The notes: generated by a model from the sequence alone, not told the origin. Positions 9,253 through 19,691 are shown, counted from the first letter of the stretch. The stretch: 64,000 nucleotides of DNA from Trueperaceae bacterium (GCA_965214405.1 OZ243956.1:1088001-1152000); one strand, 5' to 3'. A program made the numbers and translations.

Positions 9253-11892
9253 TCAATATTCATTCGGTTGTCTTCGTGACCATGCCAAACCTCGGGAGAA
9301 ATTTCTTTGGAAAGTGAGTAACGGCGGGCAGACCTTCTCCAAACACACCGCATCGTTCGGTGCGCTCACCGAACTCGCTATAAGCCGGACATGCAACGAC
9401 CGAAGCTTCTGAGGATTGTTCAATTTCGTACATACGATTCCATCATTCGTTACGCTTAACATCTGGACTATCAAACGGCCCGAATGCGGCTCGAACTCTT
9501 CCACTCGCACCGTGACATCATGCGGTCCTATGACCCGTGCCCTACAAAACCCGTCACTTAACTCAAAGTCGGTTACCACCGGTTTAAGCCGCACCGGTAC
9601 GCTGGTCAGCGGCACCCAGTTCTGCGATCGCTTGTCCAGGCACACTTCTACGATTACGCTGTCCCGCGCGGCAGGCTGCAAAGTATGCAGGGCCTCCACT
9701 GGAAACGCCTCCTCAGGTCGTGATGCGAGACGTAACTGCACGTCAAGGTCACGGGCGTATGGGTTATGCAGCAGTAGCGCTACGCTACGTGGGCTCAGTG
9801 ACCGTAGGAATTCAAGAGGTTGTGTCGTTTCCGGCTTCACGAATTGCGAGCTGACGCAGGTCGCCCGCAAATCGAACGCCACCTCACTTTCATCATTAAG
9901 CCTAAGTTTGAGCGGAATGCGTTTTGGTTCACCGTCGGGCGTGTGAAGCGGTTTCCACCGGAACGGCGTGAAGCATCCGTCCGGCACTATCGCCCGAGCA
10001 CCTTGCGTCCTGCCCTGCACGAGAACCGGGTCGCGCGTCAAATCCCACGTCAAGTGCGGCACCACCCGAAACGGCTCGAGTTCACCGACCACCTCGTCGT
10101 TTAGGATGAACTCGCCGGCGTACTTACCGGGCGGAAGTCCAGTAACGTGAAAACCGTGCGTATGCGGAACGAACGTGTGACTCCCTAGTCGTAAACGGGT
10201 GCCCGTAGGTAGGTCATCCTCGAGCGGTACGACGATCGGCTGATCCGGTGTGAAGTACCCCGGATGGAGGTGGACGGTGACGTCATCACGGATGCGTTGC
10301 GGTTGCGTGGTGCGCGTCCACCGCACCGCAGCGTAGGGCTCGTCGATACGCCACCTGCCGACTATAAGCGGACTGCTACCGTCCCACGTGATCCGCCAAA
10401 GCGGCAGTTGCACCGGCAGTCGCTCAGCGTGCGCCACACCTTCAACGTTTGGGGGGCGTTCCGACACAAGGTAAAGTGATTTCGGGCCGTACCGCAAGTG
10501 CGTCCGGGTAATTTCGATGCCGTTCGCGCTGAACAGCCGAGCGCCAGCGTGCCAGGACCACCGGCCCAGGTTCTCCAAGTTCGCCTCGACGCCCTCTGCG
10601 GGCAGACGAAACGTGAATGACTGCCCTTGCGCTTGCGGTCTCACGTCGTATAGCTCAGCCCCGACCTGCAGCGTGAGGGTGCGGGTGATATCTGGAAGGA
10701 ACGCGTCAATGTCGATCTTGCCCTGCAAGTAGGCTTCGTCATCGCGCAGCATCAGGTGGGTGCAGGTATACGCAGCGTAACCGACGGTATCAGGGTGGAC
10801 GTGACCGTCAATGCTCAGCGGCACCCCGCGTTGCGGATTGCCGCACCACAAGTACCGCACACCCGTTTGGGTATATAGGGGAATGGACGCCTCAACGAGG
10901 TTTCCCACCTGAGCGGTAAACGGGCGGGTCGTCACGTACAGGGTGACACCTGCAACCTGCTTGAACACCCCGAGCGGCAATGCCCCGATGATGTTCAGCG
11001 AGATCCGCGCAGCTGGCGTGACGTGATGCTCCTCGCCGGTGCTGCGGTCGATATACCGACCGTAGGGCAGTCTCTCCGTTTCCGCGAGCGCACGTGCGGC
11101 GCGACGCGCGCCGGTCGGCAAGGTGATCGTATGGCCAGGGATGGTTCGCAGGTACCGCACGAACTGCGCGGGGGTACGCTGCTGCCGCAATTCACCAATG
11201 ATCTCTTGTACGGCGTGCGCGCGCTTATTCGCGAAGTACCGCAACGCGTTTGGTCGACCCAGGTCTACACCGTGCAGCTCGAGTTCCGCCTCTAACGCGT
11301 CGAGCGGTAGCCCTTCGAGTTCATTCTCGAGGATAACGTCCACCGCATGCGTCATAGAGGTGAACACCCGGTCGAAGGACGCGGCCTGCCGCAGCACGGC
11401 GTCATCAACCAAGCCAAGGATGTCTTTCATCAACGCTGGCGTGATCCGCCTCCCAGGGTGCTCGCGGTAGTACTCGATAAAGAAACTTACGAGCCTCGTC
11501 GAGTTGAGACTGCGAATTCCCCACGCTTCATCGATGGTGCGCACGAACTCTCGGCGGTAGGCGCTGCGCACTTTAAGCGCACTGGTGACCTCGTTGGATT
11601 CGAAGGCGTCCCAGAGAAGGTTGTACTGATGGTTGGTTATGGGGGCGTCCTCGAGCTGAAGCTCCTCATGGCAGCTCTTCCAAAATCTGTTTTCATCCTC
11701 GGAGAGTTCACGGTAGAAGGTGTACCCGCGGAAGAACGCCAATACCAGCACCTTGTCGTCCTTCGTCCAATAACTCCGGCACCACAAGCGCCGCACGCGT
11801 TCCTTCAAAGTGGTGTACTCCTCTTCCGAGAGGTACATGTCGATTGGCCCATCCTCCCGAACGCGCGCGATGAGATCGTTAATGAGCGACAT
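9253..11892 (-). CDS. Uncharacterised 879-aa protein, gene 4 of the island operon
   Basis: Long open frame whose start overlaps the stop of 11879-12409. Helical N-terminus and beta-strand-rich remainder; no catalytic motif recognised. Confidence 0.85.
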   Translation of the reverse strand: MSLINDLIARVREDGPIDMYLSEEEYTTLKERVRRLWCRSYWTKDDKVLVLAFFRGYTFYRELSEDENRFWKSCHEELQLEDAPITNHQYNLLWDAFESNEVTSALKVRSAYRREFVRTIDEAWGIRSLNSTRLVSFFIEYYREHPGRRITPALMKDILGLVDDAVLRQAASFDRVFTSMTHAVDVILENELEGLPLDALEAELELHGVDLGRPNALRYFANKRAHAVQEIIGELRQQRTPAQFVRYLRTIPGHTITLPTGARRAARALAETERLPYGRYIDRSTGEEHHVTPAARISLNIIGALPLGVFKQVAGVTLYVTTRPFTAQVGNLVEASIPLYTQTGVRYLWCGNPQRGVPLSIDGHVHPDTVGYAAYTCTHLMLRDDEAYLQGKIDIDAFLPDITRTLTLQVGAELYDVRPQAQGQSFTFRLPAEGVEANLENLGRWSWHAGARLFSANGIEITRTHLRYGPKSLYLVSERPPNVEGVAHAERLPVQLPLWRITWDGSSPLIVGRWRIDEPYAAVRWTRTTQPQRIRDDVTVHLHPGYFTPDQPIVVPLEDDLPTGTRLRLGSHTFVPHTHGFHVTGLPPGKYAGEFILNDEVVGELEPFRVVPHLTWDLTRDPVLVQGRTQGARAIVPDGCFTPFRWKPLHTPDGEPKRIPLKLRLNDESEVAFDLRATCVSSQFVKPETTQPLEFLRSLSPRSVALLLHNPYARDLDVQLRLASRPEEAFPVEALHTLQPAARDSVIVEVCLDKRSQNWVPLTSVPVRLKPVVTDFELSDGFCRARVIGPHDVTVRVEEFEPHSGRLIVQMLSVTNDGIVCTKLNNPQKLRSLHVRLIASSVSAPNDAVCLEKVCPPLLTFQRNFSRGLAWSRRQPNEY

Positions 11893-12409
11893 GCTTATCC
11901 GGCGTCCTTGTCACAGTGGTCAGCTCAAGCCAACGTAGGTATACCCATTGCGCGAGCAGTAAACGCCGCACGTACGCGGCGCGTTCCTCATCAAATTCCT
12001 GCGTGAGACGCACAAGCGAATCCGCAGCCTCGATCGCCATGTCAGTTGGGTCGCCAGTCTCGATCTGGCGGGCAACATGGGGCACGAGGTCGAACATCTC
12101 GAGTTCACGTGCGAATGGCGCTACCACTTCATCTAGCCAGAATTCCGGTCGTTTTGCGAGCTCCCGCAACTCCCGAAGGTAGGAAAGGTGCTGCTCTTGG
12201 CGCGTGCGCTCTGTCTCCGTTTTTGTGGCAGTCTCGATGAGTTCGTTGCGCTGCGCTTTCACCCGCTCCAAAGCCTTTTCGAGCGTCGCGGCGTTTCGTC
12301 TCGCTTCATCGCGTTCTCGCACCGCCTCCTCGAGAAGTCGCTTTGCTTCCTTGGCTTTATCGTTCGCGATGTTCCACTGTTGTTCGTAATACCTCAGCTT
12401 TTCATCCAC
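11879..12409 (-). CDS. Uncharacterised 176-aa coiled-coil protein, gene 3 of the operon
   Basis: GTG start behind GAGGT and overlapping the upstream stop; E/K/R/A-rich heptad-like N-terminal half. Confidence 0.82.
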   Translation of the reverse strand: MDEKLRYYEQQWNIANDKAKEAKRLLEEAVRERDEARRNAATLEKALERVKAQRNELIETATKTETERTRQEQHLSYLRELRELAKRPEFWLDEVVAPFARELEMFDLVPHVARQIETGDPTDMAIEAADSLVRLTQEFDEERAAYVRRLLLAQWVYLRWLELTTVTRTPDKHVAH

Positions 12410-14542
12410 CAGCGGTCACCTCTAACCTGGGGGAGTCAAGTTGTGCGGTGAGAAAGCGCAGAATCGTTTCGTGCTTAAAGCTTTGCAGGTCGAGGTATCT
12501 TCGAACCGGCAGATTGGCAAGATCCAGCAGCAGGGGTTCGAGGCCGAGCATCAGGATACCGTCGAAAGCGTCATGGTCGAGGTCCAGCCAGTTCGTGTTG
12601 GTATCGAGCAGGGCGCTCGTCTCGCCACTAAGCACCGCTTCGTACATCGTGATGAGCCCGTGCAGGCGCACGCTTGGGGTGTCTCCGAGGAGTTCGTAGT
12701 CGATGATGAGGGTGTTCTGAAGGTCCTGAACGTCTGTGGGCACTGAGATAACCTTCGCACGCTTTTGGAGTTCCTCAAGCTCCGAGCTAAGTTCGCGATT
12801 GGTCTGTTCAAGCTGCCCGAGCGATACTTTCGTGCTGATAAGAGCAGCCTGCGCTTGGGTGAGTTCACTTTGCAGGCCATTCCGTCGATCCTGGAGGGAC
12901 TTGGTGGTCAAGACCAGCGCCTCTTGCTGTTGTTTGTGGATTGCGCTTTGTTCCGCAAGTGTCGCATCACACTCTCTAACGGTGCTTTTCAGGGTCGTGA
13001 CTTGCTGTCCGGCGTTCTGAAGGTCTTCCTTTAGTTTCTCGATTTTCTTTTGCTGGTCAGTGAAAGTTTTGGTCTGTGTCTCGAGTTGCTCTTTAAGGGT
13101 TCTCTGCGCGGCCCGCTCGCGCTCCTCTTTATCGGCCTGCCGACTGCGTTGCTTGAAGTAGTCCAAGAACGCATAAAAGTTTGAGTAGGTGAATAGTGTA
13201 GAGCCATGAACGATGCTAAGCTCACCAATGAGCAGTGGGAGATTCTCGAACCGCTGCTTCCGCCACAACCCTCTACCGGACGCCGCCGGGAACACGATAG
13301 AGAGGTGCTGAACAGCGTCATCTACCGGCTCAAGACGGGGGTAAGGTACAAAGACCTCCCGAGAACAGAGGCGTATGCTGCACGTAGTACCGTCTACTAC
13401 TGGCTGAGGCGCTGGACGGAAGAAGGGGTGTGGGATGAGCTTTTCCAGGAGCTTCTGGGGCTGCTTGATAAAGAAGGAAAGCTCAACCTCGGAGAAGGCG
13501 CGCTAGATGGGAGCTTTGTCCCTGCAAAAAGGGGGGCAACCGCATCGACTACGGCTACAAAGGGAAAGGCTCTACTTTAATGGTCGCCAACGAAGCCCAC
13601 GGCATTCCGGTCGCTTTGTCTCTGGCAAGCGCCAGCACCGCCGAATCAAGTGTGGCTCTTGATGTTCTTGCGAAGGTACGTGTTCCTAAAGCGGGGCGAG
13701 GGCGTCCCAAAACCCGACTTTTAGAAGTTGCTATGGACAGAGCCTACGACAGTCGTGACCTCCGGCAGTCTCTGCGGGCTCGGGGCATCCGCGCTTCCGT
13801 ACCCGAAAGAAAGAGAAGAGGCAAGCGTCGTCAGAAGGGGCCGAAGCCGAAGCTGTACCCGGCCAGCAAAAGGCGTTGGCAAGTGGAACGGGTCAATGCT
13901 TGGCAGGACAACTTCCGAGGGCTAGTAGTCCGCTACGAACGGAAAGCGGAACATTACCTTGCTTACGCCACCGTCTCGGCTATCCTCATCTGCTTGCGGG
14001 TACTACTGCATTGGTAGCTTATGCACCTAATGGGAGTTCTTAGACTGGTTCTTGGTCGCTTTGTTAGCCTCACGAATGGCGTCACTTGCGCGTTTCTGCT
14101 CTTCGTCACGCTCGTAAGTTAGCGTTTCGCAACGATGCGCGAGGGTTGCAATCAGCTGCCAAGGCACCGCGGGAGGTTCAGAGGAACTTGACCATAGCCA
14201 CGCGGTTACCCTCAGCAGCGTCGGCGTGCCCTGCGTCATGCCGTCAAGGTCCAGGTAATCCCCCACGCGATCAAGCCAGAAGTCAACCAGCCGCTCGAGA
14301 ACTTCGGGTTTGCGCTCTCGAATTTTCCCAAGATTCTCGAGAATGTCCTCTGCTGCAAACTTGCTGAGCCTTCCAACAAGAAGAAGGGCGGTCTTATCAC
14401 CTTTCTTGAATTGCCCCTTAAAGACCTGTACGAGTGACGCGGGGGGAAGACAGCTCAAGGCCCGCTCGAGCCATTCGCCTTGCTGCGGGTCGAGGAGGCG
14501 CTCCTTCCACTGTTCCCGTGGAAAGTCAGGCGGCTCGTTCAT
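12402..14542 (-). pseudogene. Uncharacterised ~417-aa coiled-coil protein, gene 2 of the operon, split by IS5
   Basis: 14542-14047 (MNEPPDFPREQW...KATKN) and 13159-12402 (HFKQRSRQ...EVTAGG*) join in frame (1254 nt) when 13160-14046 is removed. The start overlaps the helicase stop. Confidence 0.8.
13160..14046 (+). mobile_element. IS5-family element with a frameshifted two-ORF transposase (13206-13580 and ~13540-14017)
   Basis: OrfA LTNEQWEILEPLLP...ALDGSFVPAKRG with an AAAAAGGGGGG slippery run; OrfB has MDRAYDS and RWQVERVNAW. Short IRs AGTC(C/T)AAGAAC; no clear target duplication. Confidence 0.85.
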
Positions 14543-17500
14543 GATCATCTCTCTGCCGGAGGCGGCGTCGTTTAGCGAGGTAGGCGTTACCGGCGTCGTT
14601 GATGCGGTAGGTGGAGTGGTCGTTGAAGGGAGTGATGTCAACAAGTTGCTCCCGCGCGGCCCTCTCGAGCGCCCGTTCGATCTCGCGCTTCCGGATGAAG
14701 GTGAGATACCCGAAGAACGGGTTATGAACTTCATTCTTCCCGAGCACCACCGGCTTGCTCTGGGTCGGTCGTTCCGTTTCCCCTTGCAGCGCCATCACGA
14801 TCTTCATTTGCCCTAGCCCTAAGTACCCGTCGAGGTTGAACGCGCGTGAGCGGTGACTGCTCAAAAACTCCAGGAGGGTGTCAAACGGTTTGTAGACGCT
14901 TTCCAGGAGTTCATCATCAAGCGGGGGTTCTTCTTGCCAAGGTTCACTCAGGGCGGTAGGTTCATCAAGCTGGGTATCGCAAACCCCGCAGGTGTTGCAG
15001 GTTTCCGCATTCTGCTCGAATGCCTGCAAGAGCACGTCGCGCTTACAGGACGTCGCGAGGGCGTACGCCTTCATATCCGTGACGCGCTTAACAGCCTTGT
15101 CGCGCAACTCCCGCTGCCGATTGCTGAAGTTCACCATGCCAGTAAACGCCTTGTGCAGCTCGGTGGGTAAGCTGAATTCGATAGCCGCTTCACGCGCAGC
15201 GTACACGCGGATGCCGCGGTTGCGACGCAGCTCATAAAGGAACGAACTCAGTTCTTCCGCCCGTTCGGATGAAAGGGAGCTAAGGTCTAGCTCGTCCCCC
15301 TCGAGTTTCGCGGCGAACCCTAGCTCCCGCAAGGTTTCAAGGTGAGGCTCGAGTGATTCAGGGTTCTCGGCGAGCACGAACACCTTACCGATTCGGTACG
15401 AGAACGCCAGCACCCCAGCCTCCTGCAGGGAGTTCACGAGCGACGCGAAGCGCTCCTCGAGGAGCGGCTTTTGGTTCTCGGTAAATTTCTCGTTGACAAG
15501 TGCCACGACATCCCGCGCGTACATTGACGGTCGGTGGGTCTGCTCGAGGAGGACCGTGAGTAGAGCGTTGGCGTGCTCAGGGTCGCTCTTGGAGGATGCG
15601 GCGAGCCATTCGACGGTTCGCCAGTCGCTGGTGTTGTGCATCAACACGGCAAAGGCGGGTTTGCCGTCACGTCCCGCGCGCCCCGCTTCTTGAATGTACG
15701 CCGCTAGACTGGTGGGGGGCTGAAAATGCACGACCGCGCGGACGTTGGCTTTATCGATACCCATCCCGAAAGCGTTGGTGGCGATGATGACTTTAACGTT
15801 CCCGTTCATGAAGTTTTCTTGCACTTCGTTTCGGATCACGCCTGAGAGCCCCGCGTGGTACGCCTCCGCCTGATAACGAAGCTCTCGCAACGCCCACGCG
15901 AGTCGTTCGGTCTGCTTGCGGCTGGAGGTGTAAATGATGACACTGTCGCCCTTGTGGTGACTTTCGACGTAGTTGAGAATTTGCACGATCGTCCGGAGTT
16001 TCTCAATATCGTTCAAGCGGTACGTAAAGTAGCTGAGGTTCGGCCGGTCGTAACTCGTGCCGACTTTTACTGGGTCGTTAAGTTTCAGGTTGTCACGCAG
16101 TTCGGTGCAGACGTCCGGGGTGGCGGTGGCAGTGAGGGCGCTGACCGGCAGGTTCGGGATGATCTCTTCGAGTTTGTTCGCCACCTGCAGGTAATCTGGT
16201 CGGAAGTCGTGCCCCCAGGAGGCAAGGCAGTGCGCCTCATCGAGCACCAGCCGGTGCAGCCGTCCAGCTTCCGTGAGTTCCATCAGCAGATAAGCAAGTT
16301 CGGAACTCCGGTTGACACGTTCCGGACTGACGTAGAGCAAGTTGATACGACCTGCGCGTACCTCATCGAGAATCGAGCGTTGCTCCGCTCCGGAGATGAG
16401 CGAGTGAAGCGCGGCCGCGGGAAGGCCTTTCTGCTGCAATACCTCTACCTGGTCACGCATCAAGGCAATGAGGGGTGACACCACCAGCGTCAGTCCACCT
16501 TGCAAGAACGCCGGGATCTGAAACGTGAGGCTCTTGCCGTACCCGGTGGGGAGAAGCACCATCGCGTCGCGGCCAGCAAGCGACGCGTTGATCGCTTCCC
16601 ACTGCTCATTTTTGATTCGCTTAACCTCCCAGAACCTCAAGGCCAGCTCGCGAACTTTCTCCTCGATGGGCTTGTCGCTCGCCCGTAAATCCATGAGGTA
16701 CTGCTGTGTTTCATCAACGAGTTCTTCACTCGGGAGGTCGTCAGGGTTTACTTCCAGTACGTTTGCAAGATAACGGTAGAAGTCCGCACGCCCGTCTGCC
16801 TCATGAACGTTTACACCTTTCGGTAAAGACGCGAGGAACAACAGCTGATAGCTGGCGCTAAGAAGTCGTTTGTCCCACAGCACGAACGCACCGGCGCGAG
16901 CCTTCTCGCGGTCGTCACGGATGAGTCGACCGAACGCCTGCACGAACGTGAGGAGTGCTCGCGGGAGATACACGTCCTTCCACGGGTCGAAACCGCGTCG
17001 TTCCGCCATGTCCTGACGAGCCTGCAGCAATGCGGTAGGGACAGGAAACGGGATGCGCTCGAGGTTCACGAGTTTAAGGTCGGCGAAGTCAACGCCTTCC
17101 ATATACGCACGCGTACCGAGCGCACTCGCGGGGCCGTCTGCTTTCATGCTCTCCGCAACGTCCTCTCGCTCACGGCGTGTCAGCGGCACGTACAGATGCG
17201 GGAGTTTACCCAAGAACTCTCCCGCTTGCTTCATACGCGTGGTGGAGGTGAACAATGTCAAGCTGCGGTGCGCGGGCGGCAGGAGCGCCTCGAGTTCATG
17301 GTGGTAAAGCGGTTGGAAGCGAAACAGGTTACTGGTACGGGCTTCCGGAAGGTGGCTCGGCACCACCAGATGCGCCCGGTCATACGGCAGGGTGCCCGGC
17401 AGAACCATTTTGCTTGGGTTCTCGAGACCCAGCACCCGCGTGATATATCTGAAATCATCATTGAGTGACAGCGTCGCGCTGGTGATGGTGACGCTGCTGG

Positions 17501-19691
17501 CTTGTCCCCACAGAGTACCCAAGTGCTCCGCAATATCGACGGGTTGCGCGACGTGCGCCCAGCCGCTGTCGGTATGCCATTGACTCAGGTGAATGTACGC
17601 CGGGAGGTCGTCGTCTGCCGCGAGTTCGTTGAGGGCGGAGCGCCGCTCGAACAGCATGTCCCGTTGTTGCGTGAAGAAGTCGATCGTGGGGTGCAGGTTC
17701 CGCCCCAACCATGATTCACGCGGAAAGGCTTTGAGCGCTTCGCGTAAGGCGTGCGCGGCCTCCAGCCACTCTGTTTCGGCCGCGCGGAGTTTCGCCCATT
17801 CGTGACGGTTCTTGTACTTCGGGCCGACCGCGACGGACAGGCCGAACTGCGGTTCGCCCGTGCCGTACTGCTTCACGAACGTCACGACATGCTTTGTGTA
17901 CATCCCGAGCTTCTCGAGGGCGTTCGGAACGAGCGTCCGCCTGATCTCGTTTGCGAGTCCCTTGAGGTTGTCGGGCACCTTACTGTTGTCGCGTAGCCAC
18001 CCACGGCGGCGTCGCTGGTCGAAGACCCGCCGGAGGTGAAACAGCGTATCCTCTTCACTGGTTCCCTTGGCGAACGCCTCGGTGGCGACGTCCTCGAGGT
18101 TGTGCCCTTCGTCAATCACGAGGTGAAGTTCCTCAGGGTTGTTCTCTGAAGGGTCGCTATCGTTCCGGTTCGCATAGTGACTGATGAGCCAAGCCTGATT
18201 CGTGATCCAGATGCTCGCCTGGTCACGTTGTCGTTTGTCCGTCTGGAAAGCGCATGAGTTGAAGAACGGGCAGTCGCTGCGGCAGCGCCGTGGGTTCGTC
18301 TGGACGTTGAAGCGCAGCTCGCGGTACGCCGGAGAAAAGTCCCAGTGTTGGGGAATAGCACCCAGATCGAACTGTCCTTGCTGCACGTAGTACGTGAGCA
18401 CGCCCTGCGCGACGCGCTCATCGGGTGTGGCGTCGGGGGCATCCGCGAGGGCGTCGTGCAGCGCATCAAGGCAGATGTAGTCCCGCGGGCTCTTGACGGT
18501 CACGGCCTTCGCTTGAAAGCCGAGGTCGGCGATGCGCGTGAGTTCATCGTACGCTTGCGCTTGCAGCACCTTCGTGTGCGTCGCAATCACTACTTTCGCG
18601 TTCTCGTGATGGTGAACGTAATGTAGCGCCGGGAACAGATACCCGCGTGTCTTGCCGGTTCCGGTAGGGGCCTCGAGCAGCGTGCTCCGACTGTCCTCGA
18701 GGGTGCTGGTGACTTCTTTAAGCATATCGTGCTGCGACGGGCGGTACCGACCCATCACCCGCATGAACTCCCGCGCTTCCTCTTGCGCTCGTGGCCGCTC
18801 ACGGTTTAGCGGATGCACGCCGTCCCTGACTTTCTCGAGTTCATCCGGCTGCAGTGTAGGGAGCCATTCGGGGGTCAGCGTGTCGGGGGAAGGGAAACGC
18901 GCGCCGGAACGTGCGAGCCACGCCACTTTCGCTTTCGTCTCGAGTAACGCCTGGAGTTCCTCATTTGTAGCCGTTGGGACGTCGTAGAACGCCGCTTCTT
19001 GCAGCTCGAGGTACTGCCACACCTTCAGCACTATTTCGGGTGGTGGGTTGAGGTAGAGGTGGCGCAGCACCTCGCGGTTTGCCTCGCAGTCCTTGTCGGC
19101 CTGGTGCGCTGCGGTTATGTCCTCGCCGGTAAACTTTCGGTACAGGTCTCCAAGGCGGTAGCCCTTAAGGTCCGCGGGCGGCGTGGGATACAGAAGGTGC
19201 GCCCAGCGTAGCGTATCAACGGGCGAAGTGACTTTGGGGAGGTGCAGGTCGGTGGTGGTGAGGTGCCGCCTGAGGAGTGGAAGGTCGTAACGAAGGATAT
19301 TATGCCCCGCGAGGGGCGTACCTGCAGTGTACGAAAGGAAGGTCGTCAGGGCATCCCCGAGGGAAATCTTTTCACGTTCATACGTTTCCGGGTCGATCTT
19401 GGTAATTCCCCAGACGATATGATCGTCTGGAATCGGTTCGGGGGTCGCTACATAACACATGAACGGCGGTTGACCGGGACGTAGCGCCGCGAGTTGTACG
19501 ATCTCTGCGGTTTCAGGATCTGCGCTGGTCGCTTCTATATCAAAGATAGTGTAAATTTCGTAAGGATTTAGCGCCACAGCGGGGTCACACTCCACATCGG
19601 GTATAGATTTTGATGGTCCATAGTAACGTGCCAGGTAATTCTCCGTCACCAAAAGCTTCATAAATAGTGTCAGAGGCTGCAACAGATGCAT
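14526..19691 (-). CDS. DEDDh 3'-5' exonuclease / DinG-like Fe-S helicase / RecQ helicase triple fusion (true start may be GTG ~19577)
   Basis: Exonuclease: FDIEAT, GHNILRYD, HQADKD. DinG: YRPSQ, EAPTGTGKT, YICL..CRSDC..C, IDEGHNL, QAFGRLIR. RecQ: PTGYGKS, SPLIALMRDQV, DEAHCLASWGHDFRPDY, YHAGL, ATNAFGMGIDK, QEAGRAGRDG, Zn motif CKR..CNTCGVC. Confidence 0.92.
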   Translation of the reverse strand: MHLLQPLTLFMKLLVTENYLARYYGPSKSIPDVECDPAVALNPYEIYTIFDIEATSADPETAEIVQLAALRPGQPPFMCYVATPEPIPDDHIVWGITKIDPETYEREKISLGDALTTFLSYTAGTPLAGHNILRYDLPLLRRHLTTTDLHLPKVTSPVDTLRWAHLLYPTPPADLKGYRLGDLYRKFTGEDITAAHQADKDCEANREVLRHLYLNPPPEIVLKVWQYLELQEAAFYDVPTATNEELQALLETKAKVAWLARSGARFPSPDTLTPEWLPTLQPDELEKVRDGVHPLNRERPRAQEEAREFMRVMGRYRPSQHDMLKEVTSTLEDSRSTLLEAPTGTGKTRGYLFPALHYVHHHENAKVVIATHTKVLQAQAYDELTRIADLGFQAKAVTVKSPRDYICLDALHDALADAPDATPDERVAQGVLTYYVQQGQFDLGAIPQHWDFSPAYRELRFNVQTNPRRCRSDCPFFNSCAFQTDKRQRDQASIWITNQAWLISHYANRNDSDPSENNPEELHLVIDEGHNLEDVATEAFAKGTSEEDTLFHLRRVFDQRRRRGWLRDNSKVPDNLKGLANEIRRTLVPNALEKLGMYTKHVVTFVKQYGTGEPQFGLSVAVGPKYKNRHEWAKLRAAETEWLEAAHALREALKAFPRESWLGRNLHPTIDFFTQQRDMLFERRSALNELAADDDLPAYIHLSQWHTDSGWAHVAQPVDIAEHLGTLWGQASSVTITSATLSLNDDFRYITRVLGLENPSKMVLPGTLPYDRAHLVVPSHLPEARTSNLFRFQPLYHHELEALLPPAHRSLTLFTSTTRMKQAGEFLGKLPHLYVPLTRREREDVAESMKADGPASALGTRAYMEGVDFADLKLVNLERIPFPVPTALLQARQDMAERRGFDPWKDVYLPRALLTFVQAFGRLIRDDREKARAGAFVLWDKRLLSASYQLLFLASLPKGVNVHEADGRADFYRYLANVLEVNPDDLPSEELVDETQQYLMDLRASDKPIEEKVRELALRFWEVKRIKNEQWEAINASLAGRDAMVLLPTGYGKSLTFQIPAFLQGGLTLVVSPLIALMRDQVEVLQQKGLPAAALHSLISGAEQRSILDEVRAGRINLLYVSPERVNRSSELAYLLMELTEAGRLHRLVLDEAHCLASWGHDFRPDYLQVANKLEEIIPNLPVSALTATATPDVCTELRDNLKLNDPVKVGTSYDRPNLSYFTYRLNDIEKLRTIVQILNYVESHHKGDSVIIYTSSRKQTERLAWALRELRYQAEAYHAGLSGVIRNEVQENFMNGNVKVIIATNAFGMGIDKANVRAVVHFQPPTSLAAYIQEAGRAGRDGKPAFAVLMHNTSDWRTVEWLAASSKSDPEHANALLTVLLEQTHRPSMYARDVVALVNEKFTENQKPLLEERFASLVNSLQEAGVLAFSYRIGKVFVLAENPESLEPHLETLRELGFAAKLEGDELDLSSLSSERAEELSSFLYELRRNRGIRVYAAREAAIEFSLPTELHKAFTGMVNFSNRQRELRDKAVKRVTDMKAYALATSCKRDVLLQAFEQNAETCNTCGVCDTQLDEPTALSEPWQEEPPLDDELLESVYKPFDTLLEFLSSHRSRAFNLDGYLGLGQMKIVMALQGETERPTQSKPVVLGKNEVHNPFFGYLTFIRKREIERALERAAREQLVDITPFNDHSTYRINDAGNAYLAKRRRLRQRDDHERAA

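Noticed and set aside
12402..13295. 297-aa ORF (and 235-aa ORF 14027-14734) as independent genes
   Set aside because: Halves of one IS-split gene with spurious extensions.
14526..19691. Type IV CRISPR-associated DinG (Csf4)
   Set aside because: No cas genes or repeat-spacer array in the window.
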